From positions 1-36,470 of the forward strand of contig BLSG01000305.1 of NCBI GenBank assembly GCA_012862495.1: a DNA stretch of 36,470 nt, read 5' to 3'. Source of the DNA: Thraustochytrium aureum. Its lineage: Eukaryota. Every line of letters starts with the position of its first letter. Positions within the stretch are counted from its first letter, which is position 1. Shown here one piece after another: positions 1 through 11,300 of this stretch. The notes beneath the pieces are model-generated. The model did no database searches and had not been told where the DNA came from. It was given only the letters and a program-made list of their open reading frames with translations. A program made the translations under genes and the position numbers.

Positions 1-462
1 TTTTACGCTTCGTTGCGCTTTTGAAACTGTTCAGGGTGCTACGACACGCCTTCTCGTCGAGCCTCGCTTCTCGTGGCTTCCAACGGCTATACAAAGCGGA
101 ATCCAGAAGAAGCGGGCTGTGGCTGCCAAGTGCAGAAAAGGTTTCCTTCTCTCTTCTCCTCATCGCATCCTGCCCTGGGGAAGACTGCCCATCTCGCTTG
201 GAGCACGCTACCTCCACACGGTCAGGTGCGACGCCCTCGTCCAAGACTGCATCGCAAAATACAAGCGCAGACTTGCTGAATGGGGCGACACTTTCTGAGG
301 TCTCAAGACGCCGCCGAGCTGCAGTTCCCAAACTCACTCCACGACGCAGCAAAGCAAGGCTCTAGAGGCAGGCAGTGCACGACAAGGCGCTTGGCGGGCC
401 GAGTTCAAAAGGTACGCCCTCGAAAGCGCTTGCGGTCGCACAGGCAAGCAAACGAGCACACG

Positions 463-1545
463 ATGCCGTGCTTGAACGACTGCTCCGGCCACGGAAGGTG
501 CATCAATTTCACGGTGTGCGAGTGCGACCCAGGCTGGACTGGGAAAAGCGACATCATGACCTACGACACCTTTGACTGCAACAACAGCGAGCTCGCCCAG
601 ACCGTGTTGTGGTCAATCGCCGTGTTTGCCGTCTTCGTCGTGAGTGTCAAGCACATTAAGGCTGCGAAAGTGCAATACCCGCTGTTCCTTCGAGCGCAAG
701 AAAAGGCGAGGAAGAAGGGTCAAAACCTGAAAATATGGCAGCACCTGCCGATGCAGGTCATTCTGATAGGGTTTCTCAATTTCCTCCCTTCTGTGGCATG
801 TCTTTCGATACTTAAGGCGGTCGGAAGGGATTCAAGCCAAGTGGGTTCCGACCCCATCCCCACCGTCGCATTCGTCTTCTTTAGCTCGGGGGGGTTTGCT
901 GTGAGCTGCTTGGTCGAATCCCGCAATTTTCGAATGCTCCTACAGAGTACTCGAATGGCGGCGGACAAGTCGGAAAAGCTCGCAGACTACCTCTCGATCC
1001 GCACTTACGCGGCAACTGCGGCATTAGCTATCGTAACCTTCGCAGCCAGCTCCCTTGGGTTGTTTCTAGAGCCAGTCAGCCCAGAGGTTTCGCCCCTGCG
1101 CTTCATGCTCATTCTGCGCAACCTCTCGGTGATTGTCCTCCTCGTATTCTGGGCGAGGGTTAATCAAGTCGCAGCGACGAGCACTCGGGCGATGGCCGAG
1201 GCGCTCTCCTCGGTTGCGACTAACAAGTCTGCGGAGACCGTCAAGGTGCAGAAGGTCCTCGACTACATCGAATCTATGGCGAAGAGGAAGCGCAAGCAAG
1301 CCGGGCTTCTAATTGTGGTGTACTCTGTAATGAGCGTTCCGGTCATGTGGCCCTACCAATCGTACGCCATTGTGGCAACGCTCTACCAGGTTTGCCTTGG
1401 CGGCGCTCATCCGATCAACCTCTACCTGGCTGCGAGCAAGGGCAAGGAAACCAACAAAGTAGAACCTAGCGCAGGCGCTGAAACCAGCGCCGCTACAACG
1501 ACGCCTTCATCCGAGGATTCCTCAAAGGCAAACCAACTAGCGTAG
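463..1545 (+). CDS. EGF-like domain + seven-transmembrane orphan membrane protein (GPCR-like topology)
   Basis: ATG at 463 is in frame with ORF 280..1545. The N-terminus CLNDCSGHGRCINFTVCECDPGWTG is an EGF/tenascin-type motif. About 7 hydrophobic segments follow (TVLWSIAVFAVFVVSV ... YAIVATLYQVCLGG), then a polar tail. The upstream part of the ORF looks like UTR. Confidence 0.75.
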   Translation: MPCLNDCSGHGRCINFTVCECDPGWTGKSDIMTYDTFDCNNSELAQTVLWSIAVFAVFVVSVKHIKAAKVQYPLFLRAQEKARKKGQNLKIWQHLPMQVILIGFLNFLPSVACLSILKAVGRDSSQVGSDPIPTVAFVFFSSGGFAVSCLVESRNFRMLLQSTRMAADKSEKLADYLSIRTYAATAALAIVTFAASSLGLFLEPVSPEVSPLRFMLILRNLSVIVLLVFWARVNQVAATSTRAMAEALSSVATNKSAETVKVQKVLDYIESMAKRKRKQAGLLIVVYSVMSVPVMWPYQSYAIVATLYQVCLGGAHPINLYLAASKGKETNKVEPSAGAETSAATTTPSSEDSSKANQLA

Positions 1546-1781
1546 CGCACGTCCGCAAACAAGTTAGCCCCACGGAGACTGCAGTGTCAAAAGAACAGGT
1601 GAACCTTAACTCTATCAAGATAGATAGCAAGCCACAACCAAAACTCTGCTCTGCGCTCCCTCGTGGCAGCCTCTGCAGGGCCCAAGCCCATCCCTTTGTT
1701 TAAATCGATCACGGATCATCTGTGGCTGCCTAATGGGCGGCCCAGACCCTAACTAGCGCAGATTCTAACACCACCAACCAC

Positions 1782-4700
1782 ATGGAGTACATCGAGAATG
1801 ATGGGCGGCCCGCGAATGTATCCGTTGACCGGACCCAACGGTCTTTTACAAAATCTCAGCATTGGCCATCTATCCCTGATGCTGCCGCGCAGCCCTTGGC
1901 AGACCCAATCGCGCCAACGCAGGCGAAACCAATAGGCGCGAGCTCGGGGGTGCTGGTGGAAGCCGTGCCGGAGGTGAGCCGAGCCTTGAGTCGCTATACC
2001 AGGGCGCGCGCTGGGAAAATGTCGGACGATGGTCCTGACTCGCAATGCGCGGCCGAGTCCTCCAACGTGCCTTCGGCCGCGGCCGAGTCCTCCAACATGC
2101 CTTCGGCCGCAGCCGAGTCGAGCGTTAACCATTCAGAGGCGTCGCCTAGGTCGCTGCAAGACGTCGCTGATGAGATGAACCGCCCCAACAGCGAGCGCGC
2201 TCAGCCTGATTTCACCGGCTCGTCGTCAAGGCGGTCGTTCTCGAAATCTCTTGGCGAGAAAATCGCAACGGTGCGCAACTTGAGTGACTTTGGAGGGTTT
2301 GACCTTCTTCGAAAGACAAGCATGCGGACCATGCATTTGTTGGGTCGGGTTGCAGACACCAAATCGTCAAACCCAAGCGACGACGAGGACAGTCCCGGGG
2401 AAGCCGAGGTTTGGGACTTTCATCCAGTTCAGGACGACGCGAGTTGCTTGTCAACAGTCGACGGCTTGTGCAAGGCCTGCATTCGACAGACCAAGGCGAT
2501 TCCTTTCCACAAGAAAAAATGCGTTTCAGGCTTGCAGGAGGTGGAGGCCTGCCTTAAAAAGCTCTCGCGCAGGCTTGCTGCCGAATACTTGATCCTGCAC
2601 AAGTTTCGCGAGTCCAAGGAGATGGGCACGGCGTTGGCATTCCTCAAAGACACGCTCACTCTGCTCAGTCGAAAGGTCAACAGCGTGGCGCGCCGCAAGT
2701 ACTTTTTAGATGCAGCCTACAGCAAGCGCATCCTGGTCCTGCACCAAAGCCTGAATGCTGGTGTTAGCGAGCTGTTCGTGACTCTCTCTAGAAGCATCGT
2801 CTCCGCGGCTGGCGTATGGTCACTCGAAGGTGACGATCAACGGCGCTCATCCAACTCCTCAAGCTTCAAAGTCGATTCGTTGAAAGCTCCACCGCCTTCA
2901 CTTGGATCTGGGGCGCAATTTGTCTCTTGTCCAGACGCAAGCGCCTACATGAATGAAGAGGAGGAGGAGGAGGAGGAGGAAGAAGAAGAAGAAGAAGCGA
3001 AAGCAGACGATAAGGCGACGGCTCCTCGAATCCTCAAAGCAACCCAAAGCCTTTTCGACCAGTCCCAACAGGGCTCAACGGGCCGCGATCCACGCCGCTT
3101 TGACACGGTTCTTTCTCCGAGCCAACATGACGCGAGCGTGACACAGACAGGCGGTAGCTCTGGCTCGCGCGCGCGTGCGATGACTTTGGGGCACTCGAGG
3201 CCTGCGCAGCTCCAGATCTCAGACCCGTTGGAGAGCCCGAGCAGCATTCGCAGCCCAACGACTGCGCAGACGCAAGAAAGTCGCGCTGATCCTACAACTC
3301 CTCGATCCCCACAATACTCGGAGTATCTCTCCAGCCCGGGTTCACCAATCTCGGCCCTCTCAATCCCAAAGGATGTCCATCGCATTTCCAGCAGTCCGCG
3401 CCAGGCCCGGCAGCGGCGGCGATTCAGTAGCCCCGAAGTTGGCCGCAGTCACACCGATTTCGAGAATGCGGGGGACCTCCAAAACGACGCCGAGGCGATG
3501 TACAGGGCGGGCAAGGTGCACCTCTTTAACAAGGGCTTGGATGCAGCAGAAGACAACCGCAAGGCCATCGTCAACCTCGCGCGCTCCGCACAGCTGGGGC
3601 ACGTCCCAGCAATGCTGGCCCTAGCTGCGCTCTACGAGCAGGGGGAAGGCTGCGAATCTATCGATCTCGGACTCGCTCGCCACTTTTTGCAAACNNNNNN
3701 NNNNNNNNNNNNNNNNNNNNNNNNNNNNNNNNNNNNNNNNNNNNNNNNNNNNNNNNNNNNNNNNNNNNNNNNNNNNNNNNNNNNNNNNNNNNNNNNNNNN
3801 NNNNNNNNNNNNNNNNNNNNNNNNNNNNNNNNNNNNNNNNNNNNNNNNNNNNNNNNNNNNNNNNNNNNNNNNNNNNNNNNNNNNNNNNNNNNNNNNNNNN
3901 NNNNNNNNNNNNNTTTTGCAAACTGCTGCAAATTGCGAGACCCCAGAGCGATCGGAGCTTTGGCCTTGTTTGACCTGCGACACGGACCTGGCGCCTGCGC
4001 CGGCTTGCAGGGGCCTGGAGCACCAGGCGAGGCGCAAGAGGCGGCTCAAGTCTTTTTGCTTGACGCCCTCCAACGACTTCGCGATTCTGCTCGGTCGGGA
4101 GACCCTGAAGCGCTCTGCAGCCTCGGAGAGCTCTATCAGCGTGGCAGCGACCAGCTCCAGCTTTGCTCGAATGTTGGGAAGGCCAAAGCGCTGTTCGCTG
4201 CTTCAGCAAAGGCAGAGCACACGCGCGGGCAAAGCAACCTTGGCATGATGCTTCTGTGTGATCCAGTCTCGCAAAAAGAGGGCCTGCAGCTCGTCGAGAT
4301 CGCGGCTGCCAAGGGCTTTGCGAACGCGCAAAACTGCCTCGGCATGTTTCATGAGGGCGTAGCTTTTCGTCGAAAGGGGGAAAAGGTCGCATTGTCGCAC
4401 CCGCCGAACCTGGCACTCGCGGCGGAGTGGTACCGCAAGGCTGCAGCGCAGGGCCACGCGCCAGCAATGACCAACTTGGGCTACATTCGCCTCCAAGACG
4501 TGCATCGGGCGACGCTTTTGGGGCTCGCGTCCTCTGCTGCAGAGTACGCACTAGAGGCAGAATCCCTCTTTGGCGGTGCTGCCGCTAAGGGCGATGTCGA
4601 CGCGCACTACTATCTCGGGGTGATGGCAGAAGCCGCGCTGGGGGGCGCCCGGCTTGCTGATGACCAGGTTGCCAAGACGCACTTTGCAAGAGTCGTTGCA

Positions 4701-5111
4701 GCGGGGCCCTCGTCCGCATTGTTTGCCAAAGCAACGCGACGCCTAGCCGACCTTCACTACAGACGCAAAAAGGTGCGCCAGGCAGTCAAGCTTTACAGAG
4801 TTGGCGCCGCGCACGGGTGTGCCGCCTCGTTAAACGCGCTCGGCCTTTTGTACGAGTCTGGCCAGGCGTGCGGCGGCGTCCCCGACTTTCGGAGCGCATT
4901 TCGGCTTTATCAACGCGCGCACGACCTTGGCTGCGCCGATGCGACGGCAAACCTCGGTTTGCTTCTAGCTCGAGGCGCGGGCTGCCACCGAGACGAAACT
5001 CGCGCCAAGGCTCTACTTCGCCAGGCTTCCAAGGCGGGCGGCGAGAGCGGAAGAGCTCCACCGATCCACGCTCTTGCAAGGGCGAGCCGAAGATCAACAA
5101 TACAGTTTTGA
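1782..5111 (+). CDS. Sel1-like repeat (SLR) protein with disordered N-terminal half and a helical-bundle domain; contains an N-gap
   Basis: Many Sel1 repeats (GHVPAMLALAALYEQGEG, AAEWYRKAAAQGHAPAMTNLG, GCAASLNALGLLYESG, GCADATANLGLLLARGAGC). Gap at 3695-3913. The exact start and C-terminus are uncertain. Confidence 0.85.
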   Translation: MEYIENDGRPANVSVDRTQRSFTKSQHWPSIPDAAAQPLADPIAPTQAKPIGASSGVLVEAVPEVSRALSRYTRARAGKMSDDGPDSQCAAESSNVPSAAAESSNMPSAAAESSVNHSEASPRSLQDVADEMNRPNSERAQPDFTGSSSRRSFSKSLGEKIATVRNLSDFGGFDLLRKTSMRTMHLLGRVADTKSSNPSDDEDSPGEAEVWDFHPVQDDASCLSTVDGLCKACIRQTKAIPFHKKKCVSGLQEVEACLKKLSRRLAAEYLILHKFRESKEMGTALAFLKDTLTLLSRKVNSVARRKYFLDAAYSKRILVLHQSLNAGVSELFVTLSRSIVSAAGVWSLEGDDQRRSSNSSSFKVDSLKAPPPSLGSGAQFVSCPDASAYMNEEEEEEEEEEEEEEAKADDKATAPRILKATQSLFDQSQQGSTGRDPRRFDTVLSPSQHDASVTQTGGSSGSRARAMTLGHSRPAQLQISDPLESPSSIRSPTTAQTQESRADPTTPRSPQYSEYLSSPGSPISALSIPKDVHRISSSPRQARQRRRFSSPEVGRSHTDFENAGDLQNDAEAMYRAGKVHLFNKGLDAAEDNRKAIVNLARSAQLGHVPAMLALAALYEQGEGCESIDLGLARHFLQXXXXXXXXXXXXXXXXXXXXXXXXXXXXXXXXXXXXXXXXXXXXXXXXXXXXXXXXXXXXXXXXXXXXXXXXXXFANCCKLRDPRAIGALALFDLRHGPGACAGLQGPGAPGEAQEAAQVFLLDALQRLRDSARSGDPEALCSLGELYQRGSDQLQLCSNVGKAKALFAASAKAEHTRGQSNLGMMLLCDPVSQKEGLQLVEIAAAKGFANAQNCLGMFHEGVAFRRKGEKVALSHPPNLALAAEWYRKAAAQGHAPAMTNLGYIRLQDVHRATLLGLASSAAEYALEAESLFGGAAAKGDVDAHYYLGVMAEAALGGARLADDQVAKTHFARVVAAGPSSALFAKATRRLADLHYRRKKVRQAVKLYRVGAAHGCAASLNALGLLYESGQACGGVPDFRSAFRLYQRAHDLGCADATANLGLLLARGAGCHRDETRAKALLRQASKAGGESGRAPPIHALARASRRSTIQF
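2048..2119 (+). repeat. 30-bp coding tandem repeat, about 2.4 copies (AAESSN[V/M]PSA)
   Basis: ggccgagtcctccaac(g/a)tgccttcggccgc recurs with a period of 30 nt. Confidence 0.9.
2955..2997 (+). repeat. (GAG)n(GAA)n trinucleotide tract encoding poly-Glu
   Basis: Directly visible; encodes the run of E residues in the Sel1 ORF. Confidence 0.9.
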
Positions 5112-5391
5112 TAGCTTTTGCTTTACTTTTTCTCGATGTACTCCGCTTGGTTGGGTTGTTTCTCTACGCGACGCATCAAGATCAATCTGTCGGGCAAGCT
5201 TCAACAAGCGCGCAGCACCAAGTTTCCCACTGTCGAGCGGCTCAACGTTGCCTTGGATCCCCTTCTTGCGTTTCAGCTGCGCGACGCTCTTCTGCATGCG
5301 CCTGCATACTCGTTCTCTACACGGCGCTCCACCGGCCGCAGAACCCCACCGCTCTCCTGCAGGCAGCCGGATCGCGCAATAGCCACTTGCG

Positions 5392-8300
5392 TCAGCGTTT
5401 CGGCGGTGGACCCACCTTAAACTGAAACACGAGCCCGTCATAAAGGCCAGCCGAGACGAGGTATTTGGCCTGCGAGGTGGCCTGCACCACTCCAGCGCCG
5501 CGGTGGCGAACTTTCGTGAGCGGCATCCCTTTCCCTGAGACCAGAGAGCCATCAGCGAGAACGATCGCGAGAGTGCCCGAGTCGAAAACCCGGGCACTCG
5601 ACACTGGCAACTTGCTGGATCCCCACACGCTCATCGTATGCTCCCCAAGCGGACACGAAAGCGTCGACCACTGCGGCGGATCGCTTGCCTGTCCCAGCGC
5701 CGAGGGATCGCGCACGCAGACGACTTGCAGCTTGCTCAGGCTCGCCAAAACCGCCGCATCTTGGCTGTCTTCGACACGGCTCACTGCTAGCTCATCTACA
5801 GCGGGGCGCGGCACGATCTTGAGCGCGTCCCCTACGGGAAGCGCGTCAAGGCATGCATTGCTGCGCAAGAGCTTGTCATCCGTTGTCCAGTCCAAGTGCG
5901 TCACGGGCGACGTGTGTGACCGCGGAAGAACAGCGACAAGAGCATAGTTGCGCGTCTCCAAGATCCGAACTTGGGCGTCATCACAGCCGATCGCGAGAAA
6001 CGAGCCGCTCGAAGAATACCTCAGGCTGCGGACACCGTCTTTAGCGTGATCACCGCTCTGGTGATACGAGACAGCAATGTCCAGTACTTTGCGCTGGATG
6101 AGGTCAGAGAACACAAGGAGGCTGCCGCCTTTCGTGCCAACAGCGACGTGGTGCNNNNNNNNNNNNNNNNNNNNNNNNNNNNNNNNNNNNNNNNNNNNNN
6201 NNNNNNNNNNNNNNNNNNNNNNNNNNNNNNNNNNNNNNNNNNNNNNNNNNNNNNNNNNNNNNNNNNNNNNNNNNNNNNNNNNNNNNNNNNNNNNNNNNNN
6301 NNNNNNNNNNNNNNNNNNNNNNNNNNNNNNNNNNNNNNNNNNNNNNNNNNNNNNNNNNNNNNNNNNNNNNNNNNNNNNNNNNNNNNNNNNNNNNNNNNNN
6401 NNNNNNNNNNNNNNNNNNNNNNNNNNNNNNNNNNNNNNNNNNNNNNNNNNNNNNNNNNNNNNNNNNNNNNNNNNNNNNNNNNNNNNNNNNNNNNNNNNNN
6501 NNNNNNNNNNNNNNNNNNNNNNNNNNNNNNNNNNNNNNNNNNNNNNNNNCCACGCAGGTGATATCCGCTTTTGGGGGGTCTTTGCGCTTGTGCTTGTCAG
6601 CTTGGCGCGCACCGGATCAAACGTCCAGAGCTTGAAGGTCTGCCCGCCGACGGTTACAATGTCGATATCCGTTCCTGCGCGCGACTCGCTCCTCGGCAAA
6701 ACGACGAGTCCAGTGATGCACGAGTGGGGTGTCTCGTCTCGGGGACCAGGTCAGCTGACGGCCACTGGCCGCCTCGCACAATGCAAACACGCCCGAGGTG
6801 TCCACGATGCCGAGGTATTTGCCCCCAGGCGAGAATGCAAGCGACCTGATCGCGGCGCCGAGCTGCACGCGGCTCCTGGTCAGCATCGTGTTGCTGTCCC
6901 ACACGAAAACGCACCCGCTCTGATCTCCGGTGGCCACCGTGCGGCCGTCGAGTGTTACGGTGACGGCTACAATGTCGTGTTCGTGGTCGACGAAGAAGGT
7001 CTGTCTGGCAACCTTGCCGTCTCGTACTGGTTTTTGCACCACGGCTACGTTTGCGGCTGTGAAAAGGATGTCGTCACGGTTGCCAACGTAGTGGGCTCCT
7101 GTGCCAGCACTGTGGCCGTACACCCAATCCAGAGACGCCACCGCATCCCTCTCCTCTGCGGAGCTCCAGGCCTTTGCGACGGAAGGGATAATATTCTTCC
7201 GCCAATCCACCCGGTTGACGTGCCACGGCACCGTCGGGACGCTCTGGGAGACGTTCACCTCGACCCGCGAGTCCGCAACAAGCGCAGCTGAGTGGGAGTG
7301 GGACGACGAGCCTTCTTGTTCTGCGTCAAGCGCACTTTCAGGCGCATGGGGCGGCGGCGCTCCGAACTCGAGCGCCTTGCGTTGCTCGTGCGCGCGGAGT
7401 AAGCGAGACCGTTCGTCAATCGACTTTGCGCGCCACGACGCATACAACCTTCCAACGTCCTCCATGTTTTCCGTCTTGTAAACGCAAATGCAGCCGTCCA
7501 AGCCGACGCTCACAGCAAAGCGGTCTTGCGACGCAAAGGCCACCTGGGTGACTGTCCCCGCGTGCACCTGTACCTTTTTGAACGAGACCCGAGAACCAGA
7601 TGGGCACGGAAAGGCGTAGAGGAGCACAGACCCGGACTTTGTGCCCATAGCGAGGTTCAGCGCCGCGTCCGAGAGCGCGCACGACGAAAAGGACTGGCAC
7701 TCAACGCCGCCAACAGGCCAGCCCTTCGGAGAGGACCAGGTCGCCCACTCCAAATCGCGCAGCGCGCTCGAGCTCTTCACTTGCGAGCCGGCTGTTGCGT
7801 TCCAATACAAGAGCTCCCCGTCTGTGCTCGCGCTCTGGAGGATCTCTGTGCTCGTTCCATCAGCTGCTCCGGCTTCTGGGATCGCCCAATCAAGGTGCGC
7901 GACGATGCTGGAATGGCCTACCAGGGTGTGCAGCAGAGCGTATGATGCAGTGTCGTACACATAGATCTTGCCAGTGTGGCATCCAACCGCCAAGAGCGCT
8001 CCAGTCGCGGAATAGCGGATGCTCTGCACCCAGTCCGCCGGGTCCGCAAGCTCTGTGCGAGCTGTGAGGCGCACAGAATCGAGCTGGCCTTGTGCGTCGC
8101 CACTGGTCGACGAGGGGCCCGCATTCCCGCCAAACTCTGTCCGCGCTACCTCAAAGACGACAACTTTCCCGCTTGTCAAACCTGCTGCAATCTCACCAAG
8201 CTCTAGCGGCCCGGCCCCGTCCTGGCGAGCGCCCCGAAAGGCGACTGCCTTGACGTGAGACTCGCCAATGTCAGCTTGGCCCACCTGGCGCCGGTCGTTC

Positions 8301-11300
8301 AGGTCCCAGACTCGAATCGTGCCGTCGTCACCTGCAGTTACAACGAGCTGCTCCGTGGGGTGAACCGCGAGGCCCCAGATCTCGTCGCCACTGTGGCTCT
8401 CGCTGAGTACCTGGGGTTGGGAAGCAGAGTACGACCCGACGTGACCGCCACTTCGTTCGACTTGAAGCTCAAGGACCTGGCTGTGCCGCGTACCAACCGC
8501 AACATAGGCTCGCCGCGACTCGGTTTGGAGCGAGCCAAATCCACTCGAGCCGCCGTATCCATAGCTCTGCATCGACCCATTCTGGGTCGGCTTTGGCGCC
8601 TTTTGGAGAGGCGTCAAGGCTGCGGATCGAGCCGTGCATCGAGCAGAGCTGTTTCGTGGTCCACATACTATCCATGCCGCCATCATGCGGGGACCAAGGC
8701 TCGTTCCCACCCAGAACAAGACTTGCCACGTCCGTGGGTGCGACGATTGTGACTTGGCCGCTCTTATGGCCGGCAAGAAAGGCGCCGCGCTCAGTTGGCA
8801 TGGGGCACATGCAGTACACGGGGCCGTGGGACCCGGCAGGAATCAGCAGGCTCACAACGCAGCGAGCCTGCGTGTCCCAGAGCGCGATAGTCCCATCGGT
8901 AAATCCTGTGGCAATGAGGCTGTGCTCGGGGTCGACCACGCAAACGGAGAGCACCGTCTGGAGGGGGACCTTCAATTTGCCATCGCGAGACGAAAACGAG
9001 CCGCGACGGGACTCTGGCGGGCCCTCTTCGGCCTTGTTGCAGTGCCAAAACGTGACGTGGCGCTTGCCAACGCAGACAAAGGCGCGCGGCCCGGTCCACA
9101 CAAGGTCCAGCACGACCTTTCCGCCCCCAGGCGAGAGACCCTTGAGCCTCTCCTTGCGCCAGTCAAACACGGCAATCGTCTGGTTGAGGTCTTTGCCAAC
9201 GACACACAAAAGGTCTTCGTCCGTGCTGAATGCGAGGTGCGACACGCCCTCCGCCCAGGGAAGAGAGATTGATGCGACTACATTTAACGTGGCCGCTTCC
9301 CAGACGAGCACTCTGGCCCCTTGCGCGGATGCTGCAAACGAGCGTTGTGGTGTGCACGCGAGCGCGTCTACCTGCGCGTCGTGGCGCTGAAAGTAGCGCT
9401 GGGGCGTCCTTCCCGCCTTGTCGTCGAGTTTGGCGACCACAACCACCGCGGCAGCAGGGTACGCTAGGTTGTGATCAGCAAGGTACCTGACGGCAGTTCG
9501 CGTCTTNNNNNNNNNNNNNNNNNNNNNNNNNNNNNNNNNNNNNNNNNNNNNNNNNNNNNNNNNNNNNNNNNNNNNNNNNNNNNNNNNNNNNNNNNNNNNN
9601 NNNNNNNNNNNNNNNNNNNNNNNNNNNNNNNNNNNNNNNNNNNNNNNNNNNNNNNNNNNNNNNNNNNNNATCCGGACGCGTCTGGGTTATCCCCATTGCT
9701 TCTTGCTCGGCGCGCCTTTTGGTTTCTGCAGCTTTGGTGGGCCCAACAAAACTGCGCTGCCAGCGAGGAAGCGCTTGGTCGCCAGCACCCTGCGGCCCTG
9801 CATTCGCCCAGGGGTTGTCAAATGGGTCGTTCCCGTCCAAGTCGCAAAGGCCAGCCGTGGCCTCTGGCGGGGTTGCGAAAGTTGAACCAGTTATGCAGAG
9901 AATCTCCGCTTCAACTTCCGAGTCGTATGGCTCGTCCCAGGTGGGCCCTGGGGTATCTGGGTGAGGCAAGCTTCCGCCAGCGTCCATAGTCGAGTGGTCG
10001 TGCAGTTCTTGCTCTGCTGTCGTCGAGAGCGTCAGTGCGCTTCGAGGGCTCGATGCGCTGCGAGGCTCGTGCACGACTCGCCATTGGACAAAGTGGCCGT
10101 CGATGGCCGACTTTGGCGCAACCATCACTCGGCATTGTGCACCGAGAAAGCGCACTGCGCCGACCGGCTGATTGTGCCGCTCTACAGAGTACGGCTTGAG
10201 CTGGCTTGAAGCAATTGTCTCGGAGCACGGGTACCTGACGATGACAACGGAGCCCTTGGCGTCGCCAACTGCTAGCAAGCCACCACTCGCATCATAGCAC
10301 GTCGCGCTCTGCTGAAACTGTCGTGGGAGGCCGGAGACGGCCCAATCCTCCGGTGACTGCATCGAGTGCCACTGCACTTGGCGCATCTTCATTGGGGTGT
10401 CCTCCACAAGGTTGCCACCTGCAGCAACGTCCCAGAGGTAATGGTGCATAGGTTGGCCGCCGCCGCCGCCGCCGCCGCGAAGCGCGACTTTTAGAATGGC
10501 GGCATCTTGGCTCCAGTCAAGTGCAGCCTCGTTCACGGTCGGGCCCACCTGCTCCGCGAGATGGCTCGGCTTGAGAGCTTTGATGCACACGAAGGCCTTG
10601 TACTTGGTTTGGTTTTGTCGGCGGACGGTGAACAAGTATGTAGCACCGGAGAGACACGCGATGGCGAGATATGCCCCGTCGGGAGAGAAAGCGAGAGCGG
10701 TGATTTTCCGCTGCGTGCAGAGCCGGCCGTCCTGCCCGCTTTCCGGGGAAAGAACCGAGACCACCTCAGACTCTAGCGTCTCGGCTGTTGCCGGGTCGCG
10801 AATACTGACACGGCCATTCGCCAGCCCAATCGCAATATACTCGCCAGACGGCGCGAACGCTAGGCATGTGGGCGGCGCGTCTAGCAAGCACGCGCGAACC
10901 ACTCGGTGCTGCAGTGCGTCCCAGATTCGAACAGTCGAGTCCGACTCTGACGCAGTGGCGAAGAGGCTGGAGGAGCGCGGGTGGACCGCGATTCCAGCCA
11001 GAGAACCACCAGCGTGGCTCTCCACTAGGTAAACCTTGGTCCTGTGGGACGAGCCTGTGCGCTCGTCCAGGTTGATTTCAAAGAGTTCGCCAGAAGCCAT
11101 TCCAACAAGTGCGATTTTGGACTTGGTCTTGTTGACCAAGTTGAGGCTCGAAATGCGCGTGTCGACAAACGACAGCGAATCGTGCGGACTAACGAGCAGA
11201 ATGCCGTTACTGCGCTCTCCGAGCCGCTTGCTCTCCTCGTGAAACGTGTCGCGTCTCTTCTTCGGGGGCCGGACGCTCACAAGTGGGTGGAGACCCATGT

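Noticed and set aside
2048..2119. Short direct repeats considered as CRISPR or transposon ends
   Set aside because: They are in-frame coding repeats without spacers; no cas, transposase or reverse transcriptase gene is visible in the window.
5118..5420. 100-aa plus-strand ORF downstream of the Sel1 gene as an extra exon or gene
   Set aside because: Non-ATG start, no convincing splice join, overlap with the EML 3' end, and no recognisable motif.
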